A DNA stretch of 64,000 nt from an uncultured Syntrophobacteraceae bacterium (GTDB lineage Bacteria; Desulfobacterota; Binatia; UBA9968). Position numbers and translations under genes: made by a program. This document shows, piece by piece, positions 20,017 through 28,810 of the stretch (positions are counted from its first letter, which is position 1; each line of letters opens with the position of its first letter). The notes below the pieces were generated by a model. The model saw nothing but the letters and a program-made list of their open reading frames with translations, made no database searches and was not told the DNA's origin. The stretch covers positions 6,514 through 70,513 of the forward strand of contig CAYOJC010000010.1 in NCBI GenBank assembly GCA_964404195.1, given 5' to 3'.

Positions 20017-21060
20017 ATGGAAAATCAAAGCGGACCTACCGTCTTTTCATCCCGGCACAGAAACCTGTGGCGCCCCACAGAGCCATCGATCTGGACATCG
20101 AGCTCCGACGGCGCCGGCCAGGATCGAGCGCTCTCGGTTTTGAGAACTTTGCTGGATCAGCCCCGCTGGCTGGAGCCGTACCACCTCTACGACGACGCCG
20201 GCTCGCGCCTGTTCGAGAAAATCTGCGAGCTTCCGGAATACTATCTCACAAGGACCGAAAGCGCCATTCTGACGGACAACGCCGCCGAGATCATCCGCTC
20301 GGCGCGCGTGGAGTGCATCGTAGAGATCGGGGCCGGTAATTCGCAAAAGACCTTGCGTCTATTAGAGGAGCAGGTCCGGCAGCGGCGCGGAGGAGCGTTC
20401 GCCCCTATCGACGTGAGCCTGCCCGGCCTCAGGATCGCCAGGGACGCGATCGAAAGCCATTTTCCCCAATTGACGTTTCATGGATTGCACGGCAAATACG
20501 AAGACGGAATCGCCAGCATCGAGAAGAATCTTCCGACCTTGTTCGTTTTTTTAGGAAGCACCGTCGGCAACTTCAACTACTCCGAGTTCGCCGGCTTTTT
20601 CCGGCATCTTTCGCAATCGATGGGTCCCGAGGATTATTTTTTACTCGGCGTAGATCGGGTCAAAGACGCGGGCGTTCTGGAAAAAGCTTACAACGACTCG
20701 CGGGGACTCACCGCCGAGTTCATCCTGAACGTTTTTCACAATATCAACCGGTTGCTGGGAAGCAACTTCGAGCGCAACAAAATGCGCTATCAATCGAGAT
20801 ACAATCCCGAATGGCGGCAGGTCGAGATGTACGCGGTCTCAAGCCAGAGACAGGAGATCGCTGTTCCTCGCTGCGAGACCTCCTTTGTCTGGGAAAAAGA
20901 CGAGAGAATATTGGTCGAAATAAGCCGCAAGTTCGATCCGGACCGGCTGCAAGAGCAGCTTCGCTGCTTCAGCCTCGATCCCGTCGCCCACTTCACCGAC
21001 CCGAAGAAGTGGTTTTCTCTTCTGTTGTTTCAGAAGGCCGGCGATCCGCTGCAAGCATGA
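20017..21060 (+). CDS. egtD: L-histidine N(alpha)-methyltransferase
   Basis: YDDAGSRLFEKICELPEYYLTRTE, EIGAGNSQKT, FLGSTVGNF, AYNDSRGLTAEF, EISRKF. Confidence 0.9.
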   Translation: MENQSGPTVFSSRHRNLWRPTEPSIWTSSSDGAGQDRALSVLRTLLDQPRWLEPYHLYDDAGSRLFEKICELPEYYLTRTESAILTDNAAEIIRSARVECIVEIGAGNSQKTLRLLEEQVRQRRGGAFAPIDVSLPGLRIARDAIESHFPQLTFHGLHGKYEDGIASIEKNLPTLFVFLGSTVGNFNYSEFAGFFRHLSQSMGPEDYFLLGVDRVKDAGVLEKAYNDSRGLTAEFILNVFHNINRLLGSNFERNKMRYQSRYNPEWRQVEMYAVSSQRQEIAVPRCETSFVWEKDERILVEISRKFDPDRLQEQLRCFSLDPVAHFTDPKKWFSLLLFQKAGDPLQA

Positions 21061-21129
21061 ATTGCTTATGAGGCCGGCTTGAACTAGGCTGATCGATGAC
21101 AATGTGCATTTTAAGGAGAAAAACATCTC

Positions 21130-22086
21130 ATGCGTGAAACAAAGCTTAAAATGATCCTCGCTAGCGTGGCGGTCTTAGGGTTGGTAGGGCTGTCGCAAAT
21201 CGCTCTGGAAAGTTACGTTGAGGCCCGCGCCGGTGGGGGCAGCTCGGGTGGATTTCGGGGCTCCAGGACTTACCAGTCTCCAGCCAGGCCTTCGCAGCCG
21301 GGCCCATCCCAACCCAGAAGAGAAGCAAGCCCTTCGCCGCAACAGCCCGGCCCGGTAGCGCCGCAGCCCGGCGGTTTTATGCGCGGGCTTGCCGGCGGGA
21401 TCATGGGAGGAATTTTGGGCTCGTTGCTTTTCTCCGGTCTAGCGGGAGCGGGCGGCTGGGGCGGCGGATTGGGCGGGAGCGGCTTCGGCCTTTTCGAAAT
21501 CCTGCTTATCGCGGGCGTTGGATATTTTCTGTACAAGAAGTTTCGCAGCCCCGCGCTCGCAAGCGGCCCTGGCGCGATGCGATATCAGAATACCGGAGAT
21601 TACGCCGCGAGCAGTGCGCCGGTCAGAGAGGAACTTGGCTCTAGTGAGCCCGATTGCCGGTCCATTCAGATGATGGACCGAGGCTTCGATCCAAATCGAT
21701 TCCTTAAATCGGCCCAGGATCTCTTTTTCAAAATACAGGGCGCTTGGAACCACCAGGACGCGGCGGCCCTGGGCTCGCTCTGCAGGTCGGAGTTGATGCA
21801 AACCTGGCAGCAGGAACTGGCCAATCTCCGCGCTCGCGGGCAAAAAAACCGCATGGACAATATCGCGCTTCGCACCAGCGAGATCACCGAGGCGTGGACC
21901 GAGACCGGGCTGGACTATATTACGGTTCGCCTCCAGGCCAATCTTTTGGACTATACAGTGGACGATAAGAGCGGCGCAGTGGTAAACGGTAGCGACTCGG
22001 AGCCGGTTGAGTTTGAAGAGTTCTGGACGTTCAGCCGCCCCGTCGGCCCTAATCCGTGGAAACTAGCGGCGGTGCAACAAGCCTAA
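21130..22086 (+). CDS. Tim44 domain-containing protein
   Basis: ARAGGG.S.G.RGSRT, Gly-rich TM, F..IQ.AW, EFWTFSR...WKLAAVQQ. Confidence 0.92.
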   Translation: MRETKLKMILASVAVLGLVGLSQIALESYVEARAGGGSSGGFRGSRTYQSPARPSQPGPSQPRREASPSPQQPGPVAPQPGGFMRGLAGGIMGGILGSLLFSGLAGAGGWGGGLGGSGFGLFEILLIAGVGYFLYKKFRSPALASGPGAMRYQNTGDYAASSAPVREELGSSEPDCRSIQMMDRGFDPNRFLKSAQDLFFKIQGAWNHQDAAALGSLCRSELMQTWQQELANLRARGQKNRMDNIALRTSEITEAWTETGLDYITVRLQANLLDYTVDDKSGAVVNGSDSEPVEFEEFWTFSRPVGPNPWKLAAVQQA

Positions 22087-22128
22087 CTCTCATACGCGAA
22101 GAGAAATCAAAATCGCCGATATTTCAGT

Positions 22129-23108
22129 TTAGCGGACGTCGAAAATTTGCTGATTAGGAGGCGACCATTTCCTTCAGGTTGGGCTCGATGGATGCCGGAC
22201 TCACGAAAACGAAATCCTTCTTGTACAGCTCCTGATTGCGCGGGATTTGTTTCACGCCCTTGCGGATCGTCATGCGCGGAATCTGCTGCGCCATCAGCGA
22301 CTGCGCTTCCTCCGACAAAATCCAGTCGACGAATAGGATCGCCGCGTGGGGATGCGACGCGCGGCGCATGAGGCTGACCACGTTCGGTTCCGCCGGATAA
22401 GGATCGAAGAGCCGATAGTCGATCGGCGCGCCTTTTTCTTTGTACTCGACCACGCGCCGGCCGCGCGCGGCGATGGCGATTGACGACTCGCCGGCCAGCG
22501 CAAGCTGCAGACGGATGATGCTGCTGGAGCCCGGCATGTGCAACTGCTGGCGCGCGAGCGCTTTCATATATTCGAGCGCTTTGGCCTTGCCCATCCTGTC
22601 CAACATGACCGTGAACCACGCGTACTCGTCGGTCCCAAGATTCATCTTACCCTTCCACTTGGGATGGAGCAGATCCTGATAACTCCGCGGCGCCTCGTCC
22701 TGGGGCACCAACTTGGTGTTGAACGCAACGACGATGGGCGTGACCTCATACGACGACCAGAAGCCCTGGCCATCGTAGGAGCCGGCGGGAAATGCTTTGA
22801 GCTCTGGCGACAAGTACGGAGCCGAGTAACCTTTCTCTCTTAACTCCCAAATCTCCACCGGCGCCGACGCCACCACGTCCACGACAATGCGGCCGGCCCT
22901 CGCTTCCGTATCGATCTTGGTAAAGATGCTGGACTGAGTCAACCGCGTGGCTTTGACCTTGATGAAAGGGAAAGCTTTTTCGAAAGCGCCGAGAATTTTG
23001 GGAAAATCGGCGAGGCCCATCGAAGTATACCAGACGAACTCTCCCTCTTTGCGCGCGCCGTCTTCCAGGACGGTTTTTCTTTGAGCCGGAGGCAGGCTGC
23101 GGATGGTC
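22129..23108 (-). pseudogene. extracellular solute-binding protein (Fe3+/thiamine-type), 5'-truncated and apparently frameshifted at the 3' end
   Basis: GARKEG.FVWYTS, DLLHPKWKGK, HPHAAILFVDW; no signal peptide (5' end abuts GGGGTCA repeats); removing one A near 22154 restores ...SYQQIFDVR*. Confidence 0.75.
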
Positions 23109-23135
23109 TTGGGGTCAGGTCTTGGGGTCAGACCC
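23105..23135. repeat. tandem GGTCTTGGGGTCA x2 + GACCC (transposon-end-like)
   Basis: 13-mer direct repeat sharing the GGGGTCA core with the Y1 element ends. Confidence 0.7.
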
Positions 23136-23174
23136 TTCAATCTAAACAATCTTATCTCTCGTCCCTCGACGAAC

Positions 23175-23260
23175 AAAGAACCCGGCTAGGGAAAGCCAGT
23201 CCGGGCTGTGATACGGATTCAAAGATGTGACCGGATCGGGGACCCAGCCGAAGTTAGTTT
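23175..23260 (-). ncRNA. candidate small structured RNA/attenuator, copy 1
   Basis: promoter, core identical to copy 2 at 50/51 nt, terminator AGCCCGGACUGG-CUUUCC-CUAGCCGGGUU-CUUU. Confidence 0.6.
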
Positions 23261-23265
23261 CGCGT

Positions 23266-23294
23266 AAAATAGGGCAAGTTGTCTAAGAAGGCAA
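23266..23294 (-). promoter_or_regulatory. sigma70-type promoter TTGCCT-N17-TATTTT (copy 1)
   Basis: hexamers and spacing identical to copy 2 while the spacer sequence differs. Confidence 0.7.
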
Positions 23295-23434
23295 CAGGCA
23301 AAAATACTGGGCGAAGGTAATCCAATATTTTAACCTCAATTGAACTGAGCGACGCTTCAATCGAATCCTGTTTAGGCTATTCTCCTCCCTGGAATAGACG
23401 CCTTTGAAAGAAAGAAGTTGCGCCGTAACACCCA

Positions 23435-23644
23435 TCACATTGTCACCACTCGATCCTTTAGCTTCCCTTTAGCCGCTCGTTCCACTAGCTTGTCGATTCT
23501 TCTCTGAGCCTGATATCCGATCTGCTCATGCCCGCATTCCTGGCAGATGAGGCAGGGGACGTTTCGGATCTCTAAAAGATCGGTTTGGACCGATGTCCGA
23601 CCTAAGTATGTCCTCGATCCGCATTGCTGACATTTGCCAGGCAT
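23435..23644 (-). CDS. YgiT/MqsA-type zinc finger protein
   Basis: CQQCG...IRNVPCLICQECG; 69 aa. Confidence 0.85.
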   Translation of the reverse strand: MPGKCQQCGSRTYLGRTSVQTDLLEIRNVPCLICQECGHEQIGYQAQRRIDKLVERAAKGKLKDRVVTM

Positions 23645-23781
23645 GGTTTCAACCCAGGTCCTTCTTATTCATAACCCTTAATCCCTTTAACCCTTCATCC
23701 CCCCAAATATGCCTGGCAGACCTGATCGTTAGTGGCGAGGGCCATAGCCCCTGGCCCATCGGCTGAAAAAGTGAAAAAGAA

Positions 23782-23805
23782 AAAGGGGGCAAGTCTGCTC
23801 TTGGC
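23782..23805 (+). repeat. solo copy of the Y1 element terminal repeat
   Basis: aaagggggcaagtctgctcttggc, 21/24 identical to 11607-11630. Confidence 0.75.
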
Positions 23806-23844
23806 TCAACTTGATAATCTTCTAAGTCTAAAACCCATGAATAC

Positions 23845-23928
23845 AAAAGCCCGGCTGGGAGCCAGTCCGGGCTGATGTAAAACGAACCGAAGATGTGACC
23901 GGATCGGGGACCCAGCCGAAGTCAGTTT
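23845..23928 (-). ncRNA. candidate small structured RNA/attenuator, copy 2
   Basis: core AAACUGACUUCGGCUGGGUCCCCGAUCCGGUCACAUCUU, terminator AGCCCGGACUGG-CUC-CCAGCCGGGCU-UUU. Confidence 0.6.
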
Positions 23929-23933
23929 CGCGT

Positions 23934-23962
23934 AAAATAGAATAAACATATCCAATAGGCAA
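23934..23962 (-). promoter_or_regulatory. sigma70-type promoter TTGCCT-N17-TATTTT (copy 2)
   Basis: same hexamers and 17-bp spacing as copy 1. Confidence 0.7.
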
Positions 23963-24038
23963 GAGGCGAAGTCTAATAACCGAGAGGCGCGAGGCAACAG
24001 GCAACAAGAATCGTGGGTTGTGTTCGTGGATCGTAATT

Positions 24039-24150
24039 TCAAAGCTTCAAAGCTCTAACCGCATTGGAGCCGAGGATTTGGCTCCGCTCTTTGTCGAAAG
24101 GGAGGATCAACTCCTTTACTTTGCGCACCGGTTCGAAGTCGCCCATCGAC
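24039..24150 (-). pseudogene. C-terminal remnant of an amidohydrolase-family protein
   Basis: MGDFEPVRKVKEL....ERSQILGSNAVRALKL* resembles the amidohydrolase_2 tail (ILGGNA.R.L.L). Confidence 0.55.
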
Positions 24151-24214
24151 AAAAGAGAAAGCCGTGACTCGTGTTCGTGAATCGTGATCGTCGGGCAGGA
24201 TTCAATGGAAGGAA

Positions 24215-24616
24215 TCAATCCCAAACGGTGCGAATCAAGCCCGACTTCTGAATCTTTTCGTCAGCCGTCACAAGCGGTAATCCCTCCACTCTAGCCTGTG
24301 CCACAATCATTCGGTCATATGGATCTCTGATTCCAACCAGCGCTGAGGCCTCGAGCAGGAGATGAGCGTCGTTCTCTCCTAATTCGAAGTTCTCCGCCTG
24401 CATTAACGAAAGAAGCAGCTCCCTGAAGGGCAGACGAAGACGGATTTTACCCGCCTCGGTGAGCAACATGATCTCCTCCAGCACGGTAAAAGGAATCAGG
24501 AGAGTATCCAGTCCCCGCTCCACCCGATCAAAAATAGTTTTTGCTCTGCGGCCCAGCTTCCGATGTTGGCCGGTCAGGTGATAGACGAGGGCGTGGGTAT
24601 CCGTGGCGAGAATCAT
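24215..24616 (-). CDS. vapC: type II TA toxin, PIN domain (VapC)
   Basis: DTHAL, EI, RDPYDRMIVAQARVEGLPLVTAD. Confidence 0.93.
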   Translation of the reverse strand: MILATDTHALVYHLTGQHRKLGRRAKTIFDRVERGLDTLLIPFTVLEEIMLLTEAGKIRLRLPFRELLLSLMQAENFELGENDAHLLLEASALVGIRDPYDRMIVAQARVEGLPLVTADEKIQKSGLIRTVWD

Positions 24617-24903
24617 TCAAAGAGAGACTCGATCCTTGATTTTCGCAGCTCTTCGATGGCCCGGTCGATGTCTCCTCCCGCGGCCGCCGTCCCCTTGAGC
24701 TTGAGAATCCGTTTTTCCTTGCGGCTTCGCAGATGCCTGCCCGCGTTGGACATCGCCTTGTACTTCTCGACTCCCACAATCACCGCAACCGGCTTCTGCC
24801 TCTTGGCAATGATGTAGGTCTGCCCTCGCTCGCTCACCTGGTCCACAAGCTCGCTCAAATTGGCCCGCGCCTCGACGAACGAAAGAACCTTTTCCTTTGC
24901 CAT
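24613..24903 (-). CDS. type II TA antitoxin, Phd/YefM family
   Basis: EARANLSELVDQV...IIAKRQKPVAVIV; ATGA overlap with the PIN gene. Confidence 0.93.
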   Translation of the reverse strand: MAKEKVLSFVEARANLSELVDQVSERGQTYIIAKRQKPVAVIVGVEKYKAMSNAGRHLRSRKEKRILKLKGTAAAGGDIDRAIEELRKSRIESLFE

Positions 24904-25054
24904 GATCCTCTCCCTTTCTCGGATGTACACTCTATATGTACACCAATACCGGAGGCTGTCAATGGGGAATTAAAAGGGATAAAGGATGAAATGGAATAAA
25001 AGTCGTGGTTCGTACTCGTGGCTCGTGATCGTGACAGTCCAAAGTACTCGGAGA

Positions 25055-26170
25055 TTAACCGACGCTGACCCATTTCTCCTGATCCACTGATTTCAGCACC
25101 GCGTCCACGACTCTCTGCGCCTCCAGCCCCTCGCGAAAACTTGGAACGGCTTCTGCGCCCGTCGTTATCGCCTGAGCGAACCTGCGCGTCAGGTTGGAGA
25201 ATAAAAACTCGCCGGGGACGCGCTTCGGGTCGGCGAGGTTCAAGCCCCGAATGAATTTTTCCGGAATAGGCAAAGATTCGAAATGCGCGTTCGCGCCGCG
25301 CACGCCGAAAAGCTTGCCCAGGACCCAGTCCGGGTTCTTGCGGTCGATGTCGACTTGCAGCGCTCCTTCGCTGCCGAAGATCCGAATACTCTGAAAAATA
25401 TTGCCGCGCGCGACGCCGCTGACGTGTAGGTTTGCCTGAACTCCTCCGCTAAGCTCCGCGATAAACATGCACGAGTCTTCCACGGTCACGGCGCCCTTTC
25501 CCGATCCGTCGGGAAGGCGCCGCTCCTTGTTGAAGATCGTCGCTTGGCCGGAGACTCTACGGAAGTCTCCCGCCAGCCAGCGGACGAGATCGATCAGATG
25601 AACGCCGGTGTCGCCCAAGACTCCGAAGCCGGCGGTTTCCTTTTTATGGCGCCAGCCGAGAGGCGTCTCCGGCGCCAATCTTCCTTCCACAAGCCAGGCG
25701 GCGTCCACATGAAAGACGCGCTCGCCCACGTAACCTTCTTCCAAAAGCTCTTTCATGCGCCGGACCGCGGGAATGAAGCGGAAATTGAAAGCCGTCATGT
25801 GGACCCGGTTGGCGTCGCGCGCGCCGGCCAACATGGCCTCCGCTTCCGTGAGGTTCAGCGCTAACGGTTTCTCGCAAAGGACGTGAAGCCCGCGGGAAAA
25901 CGCTTCCAGCGCTATGGGGCAATGAAGATTGGGCGGCGTGGCGATGCTCACCGCGTCGAGCTGTTTCATTTGGAGCAACTCCCGGTAGTCGGTGAAGACG
26001 TTCGGAATGCTGAATTCGCCGGCGATTTTTTCCGCCTCGGACCGCCTCCTCTGGCAAAACGCCGCGACCTCTACGTTGCCGGACACCCGATAGGCCAGAA
26101 TGTGGTTCCGTCCATAGCCACCGCCGATGACGCCGACGCGGAGTTTTTTATTGGTGGTTTGATCAGCCAT
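25055..26170 (-). CDS. Gfo/Idh/MocA family oxidoreductase
   Basis: VGVIGGG, IATPPNLH, HVLCEKP, GVLGDTGVHLID. Confidence 0.95.
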   Translation of the reverse strand: MADQTTNKKLRVGVIGGGYGRNHILAYRVSGNVEVAAFCQRRRSEAEKIAGEFSIPNVFTDYRELLQMKQLDAVSIATPPNLHCPIALEAFSRGLHVLCEKPLALNLTEAEAMLAGARDANRVHMTAFNFRFIPAVRRMKELLEEGYVGERVFHVDAAWLVEGRLAPETPLGWRHKKETAGFGVLGDTGVHLIDLVRWLAGDFRRVSGQATIFNKERRLPDGSGKGAVTVEDSCMFIAELSGGVQANLHVSGVARGNIFQSIRIFGSEGALQVDIDRKNPDWVLGKLFGVRGANAHFESLPIPEKFIRGLNLADPKRVPGEFLFSNLTRRFAQAITTGAEAVPSFREGLEAQRVVDAVLKSVDQEKWVSVG

Positions 26171-26184
26171 TTTTAAGACTGCTC

Positions 26185-26238
26185 CCCCCTCACCCTTCCC
26201 TCTCCCCCGTCGCGGGGGAGAGGATTAAGGTGAGGGGG
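26185..26238. repeat. REP-like palindrome (third copy)
   Basis: ccccctcacccttccctctcccc...gggggagaggattaaggtgaggggg; overlaps the desaturase stop codon. Confidence 0.85.
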
Positions 26239-27208
26239 CGCGATCCTTTCCAGCCGGCGTGCCGGACATTTCCGATCGAGTTCTCGGACCGCCGAACTGC
26301 CTAAACGCCGCGGAAAAATAATGACCCTCGAATTGCATCGATTGTTGCCGAAACACTTGCGGCAGCCCGATCCAGGGAATCGCGGGATTCCTGTGATGGA
26401 TGCCGTGCAGGTTGAAATTCAGCAAGCCCGCGGAGCAGACCGCCGGGAGCGACAGATTGCGCGCGTAGAACGTATCGTCGATCGGGGTGCCGTAATGGTA
26501 AACGTTGTCGAGAAAAGAGATGAGGAAGGCGCGGGCGAGAAGCACAACCGCGAGCAACGGCCAATAAGCGCCGTAACTCGCCGCGCTCGCGGCCAACAGA
26601 CTCAATATCACGAGTCCGTCCAGCCGCATCTCCCGGACCGCCTCGTCGCGCATGAGTCCTCTCATCAAATTTCCCGGCAGGTCGGCCCCGCTGAAATATT
26701 TTCGCTCCATGTGGCGGAGCGCGATTCGCGGCAGGAAAAACAGCAACGGGCTCGCAAGCTCCAGAAGATAGAGGCCGCCGAGGATGTGCGCGAAGTAGCC
26801 GAGCGAAGCCCGACGCCTCGAGGTTTTCTCCGGCGCGTAGAGTTCCGTCGCTTCGACCGGCGAGCGGTTCAACTTGTGATGGAGAAGATGGCTCAAACGC
26901 AGGATCAAAAACGGCGAGCCGAAAAAAATCGCCAGCAGCCGGCCGGCGGCGCGATTGACGCGGCGCGACGGATGGAACATGTCGTGAATCGCTTCATGAA
27001 GCAGGCTCCAAAACGGATTGTTCAGCGCGGCCGCCGGCAAGAGCGTGAGCGCCCACCAACGGCTCGATGGAAGCAGAAACAGCGGCAGAACAAACAGTTG
27101 ATAGACATTGACCAGAACGTGAAGCCCGGCGAGAGAAAGATTCAGCCCGGCCAAAATCGACGGCGCTGAGCTTCGACCCGGCTCCGGCACGGCTGTTTCG
27201 GTTTTCAT
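26225..27208 (-). CDS. fatty acid desaturase family protein
   Basis: three His boxes HEAIH, HLLHH, HGIHH plus TM segments. Confidence 0.9.
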   Translation of the reverse strand: MKTETAVPEPGRSSAPSILAGLNLSLAGLHVLVNVYQLFVLPLFLLPSSRWWALTLLPAAALNNPFWSLLHEAIHDMFHPSRRVNRAAGRLLAIFFGSPFLILRLSHLLHHKLNRSPVEATELYAPEKTSRRRASLGYFAHILGGLYLLELASPLLFFLPRIALRHMERKYFSGADLPGNLMRGLMRDEAVREMRLDGLVILSLLAASAASYGAYWPLLAVVLLARAFLISFLDNVYHYGTPIDDTFYARNLSLPAVCSAGLLNFNLHGIHHRNPAIPWIGLPQVFRQQSMQFEGHYFSAAFRQFGGPRTRSEMSGTPAGKDRAPSP

Positions 27209-27215
27209 CGCCCTC

Positions 27216-27845
27216 TCATCCCCTTAGCTTCTGAAACAAACTAAGCAGCACGATAAAGCCGAAGCCCGCGATGATCGCACCCGAGATCCGATGCACCCAG
27301 CGGAGACCGCTGTGGCTGAACATCATTCGCAGCGCGCGCATGCTGCTGCTCAGCACCACCCACCAGCTCGCCGAGCCGCAAAAGACGCCGGCCGTGAGGG
27401 TCGCCGAGGCGAGGTAGTGCCCGGTGAGATCCTCCACTCCCCAGCCGGCGTAAATCGCCACGAAAGAAAGCAGCGTCAGTGGATTGGTGAAGGTAAGAAA
27501 GAACGTCGAGGCGTAAGCGTGCAGGAGATTCTGCTCCTTGTCCCAAGCGGACGGCTCGGAAGGTTGCGTAATAAAAATTTTAGCTCCGACATAACATAGA
27601 AAAACTCCGCCGATCAGACGGAGCCATATCTGATGGCTCATATAGAAACTGGAAACCAACGTCAGCCCGAGCGCCACGATCCCGGCGGAAATCGCGTCGG
27701 CGGTCGCTACTCCCAGGCCGGAGAAAAGCCCGTACACCGGGCCGCGCGAGAGGGTACGGTTGACGCAGAGCAAGCCGATCGGCCCGACGGGGACGGCGAC
27801 CATCAGACCGATGACGAATCCTATGAGGAATAGGCTCACTTCCAC
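27216..27845 (-). CDS. LysE family translocator
   Basis: PVGPIG..C, G...GLGVATAD, FFLTFTNP. Confidence 0.93.
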   Translation of the reverse strand: MEVSLFLIGFVIGLMVAVPVGPIGLLCVNRTLSRGPVYGLFSGLGVATADAISAGIVALGLTLVSSFYMSHQIWLRLIGGVFLCYVGAKIFITQPSEPSAWDKEQNLLHAYASTFFLTFTNPLTLLSFVAIYAGWGVEDLTGHYLASATLTAGVFCGSASWWVVLSSSMRALRMMFSHSGLRWVHRISGAIIAGFGFIVLLSLFQKLRG

Positions 27846-27905
27846 TGATTCATATCTCCTACCCGTTTTAGCGGCAAAGCGGAAGCAATTTTCGGTCTCG
27901 CGTTT

Positions 27906-28718
27906 CTACCTCGCGCAGCGAAATCCGATGTTGTGATGTCCCGAGCGGAAATTGCGCGACAAACCCTTGCCGCGATGCGTTGCCGTCAGCTCCCCGGGTG
28001 GAGAATCGTGCCCTCCCCCGCGCGTGCCGCGCTCCGGACCGGGCGTTAAGTTTTCCCGGCCATCCGAAGGATTATAAGGATAGGGCAGATAAGCGCTGCT
28101 CACCCATTCCCACGCGTTGCCCGACATATCGAGAACGCCGAAAGGACTGGCGCCTTTTTGGAATCCGTCCACCGGCGCGGTGTTGTTGTATCCAGCATTG
28201 AACCGGCCGCGCGAATCGTCCGGCTGCTCGTTCCCCCAGGGAAATTTTCGACCGTCGGTCCCGCGCGCCGCCTTTTCCCATTCGGCTTCCGTCGGCAGTC
28301 TCTTTTTTACCCACGCACAATACTCTCTCGCTCCCACCCACGAGACTTCGACGACGGGATGGTTCTCGTAGCCTTTGTCCGCGATCCATTTTCCTTCGCG
28401 CCGATGGATGCGCGCGTCGGGATCGTCCACGTCGTAAAGCGATTCGCCGCTGTAATTTTTCGGCCCGACGGCGTTTAGAAAAGCGGCGAACCCGGCGTTT
28501 GTCACGGGAAGCCGGTCGATCGAAAATGCCGCCACCTCGACGCGATGCGCGGGCCGCTCGTCCGCGGGAACGGCGTCGCTCCCCATGGTAAACGGCCCGG
28601 TGGGAATTTTGGCCATGTCGCCCGTCTCCGCGCTAATGGCATCGGCGGCAAACAACGCCGGAAACCCAAAAACGCAAAAGAAAAATAGCCGTGCACTTTT
28701 AGCGGGCGAGAATCTCAT
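27906..28718 (-). CDS. FGE-sulfatase (SUMF1) domain protein, probably exported
   Basis: F.MGS, ERPAH.V, HPVVEVSW, RLPTEAEWEKAARG, DMSGNAWEW, GFRCA; hydrophobic N-terminus. Confidence 0.9.
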   Translation of the reverse strand: MRFSPAKSARLFFFCVFGFPALFAADAISAETGDMAKIPTGPFTMGSDAVPADERPAHRVEVAAFSIDRLPVTNAGFAAFLNAVGPKNYSGESLYDVDDPDARIHRREGKWIADKGYENHPVVEVSWVGAREYCAWVKKRLPTEAEWEKAARGTDGRKFPWGNEQPDDSRGRFNAGYNNTAPVDGFQKGASPFGVLDMSGNAWEWVSSAYLPYPYNPSDGRENLTPGPERGTRGGGHDSPPGELTATHRGKGLSRNFRSGHHNIGFRCAR

Positions 28719-28810
28719 GCGATCGGGCCGGTCAAACGCCCCAATATTATACAGGATCGCCTTGGCCTTCAACCTTTAATAAGGCACCGGCTTGCCGCGC
28801 CGCTTCCGGT

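Noticed and set aside
23109-23176. ORF-track start MFVEGRE... for the SBP at 22154..23176
   Set aside because: It derives from the repeat and terminator junction and is not a signal peptide
23175-23940. Assignment of the duplicated RNA to ykkC/guanidine, c-di-GMP, ZTP, fluoride or preQ1 riboswitches
   Set aside because: Only short incidental similarities; the consensus elements as I recall them are missing. A formal Rfam scan is still needed
23649-24042. ORFs 23649..23846 and 23806..24042
   Set aside because: They run through repeats, a promoter and the candidate RNA; no protein-like features
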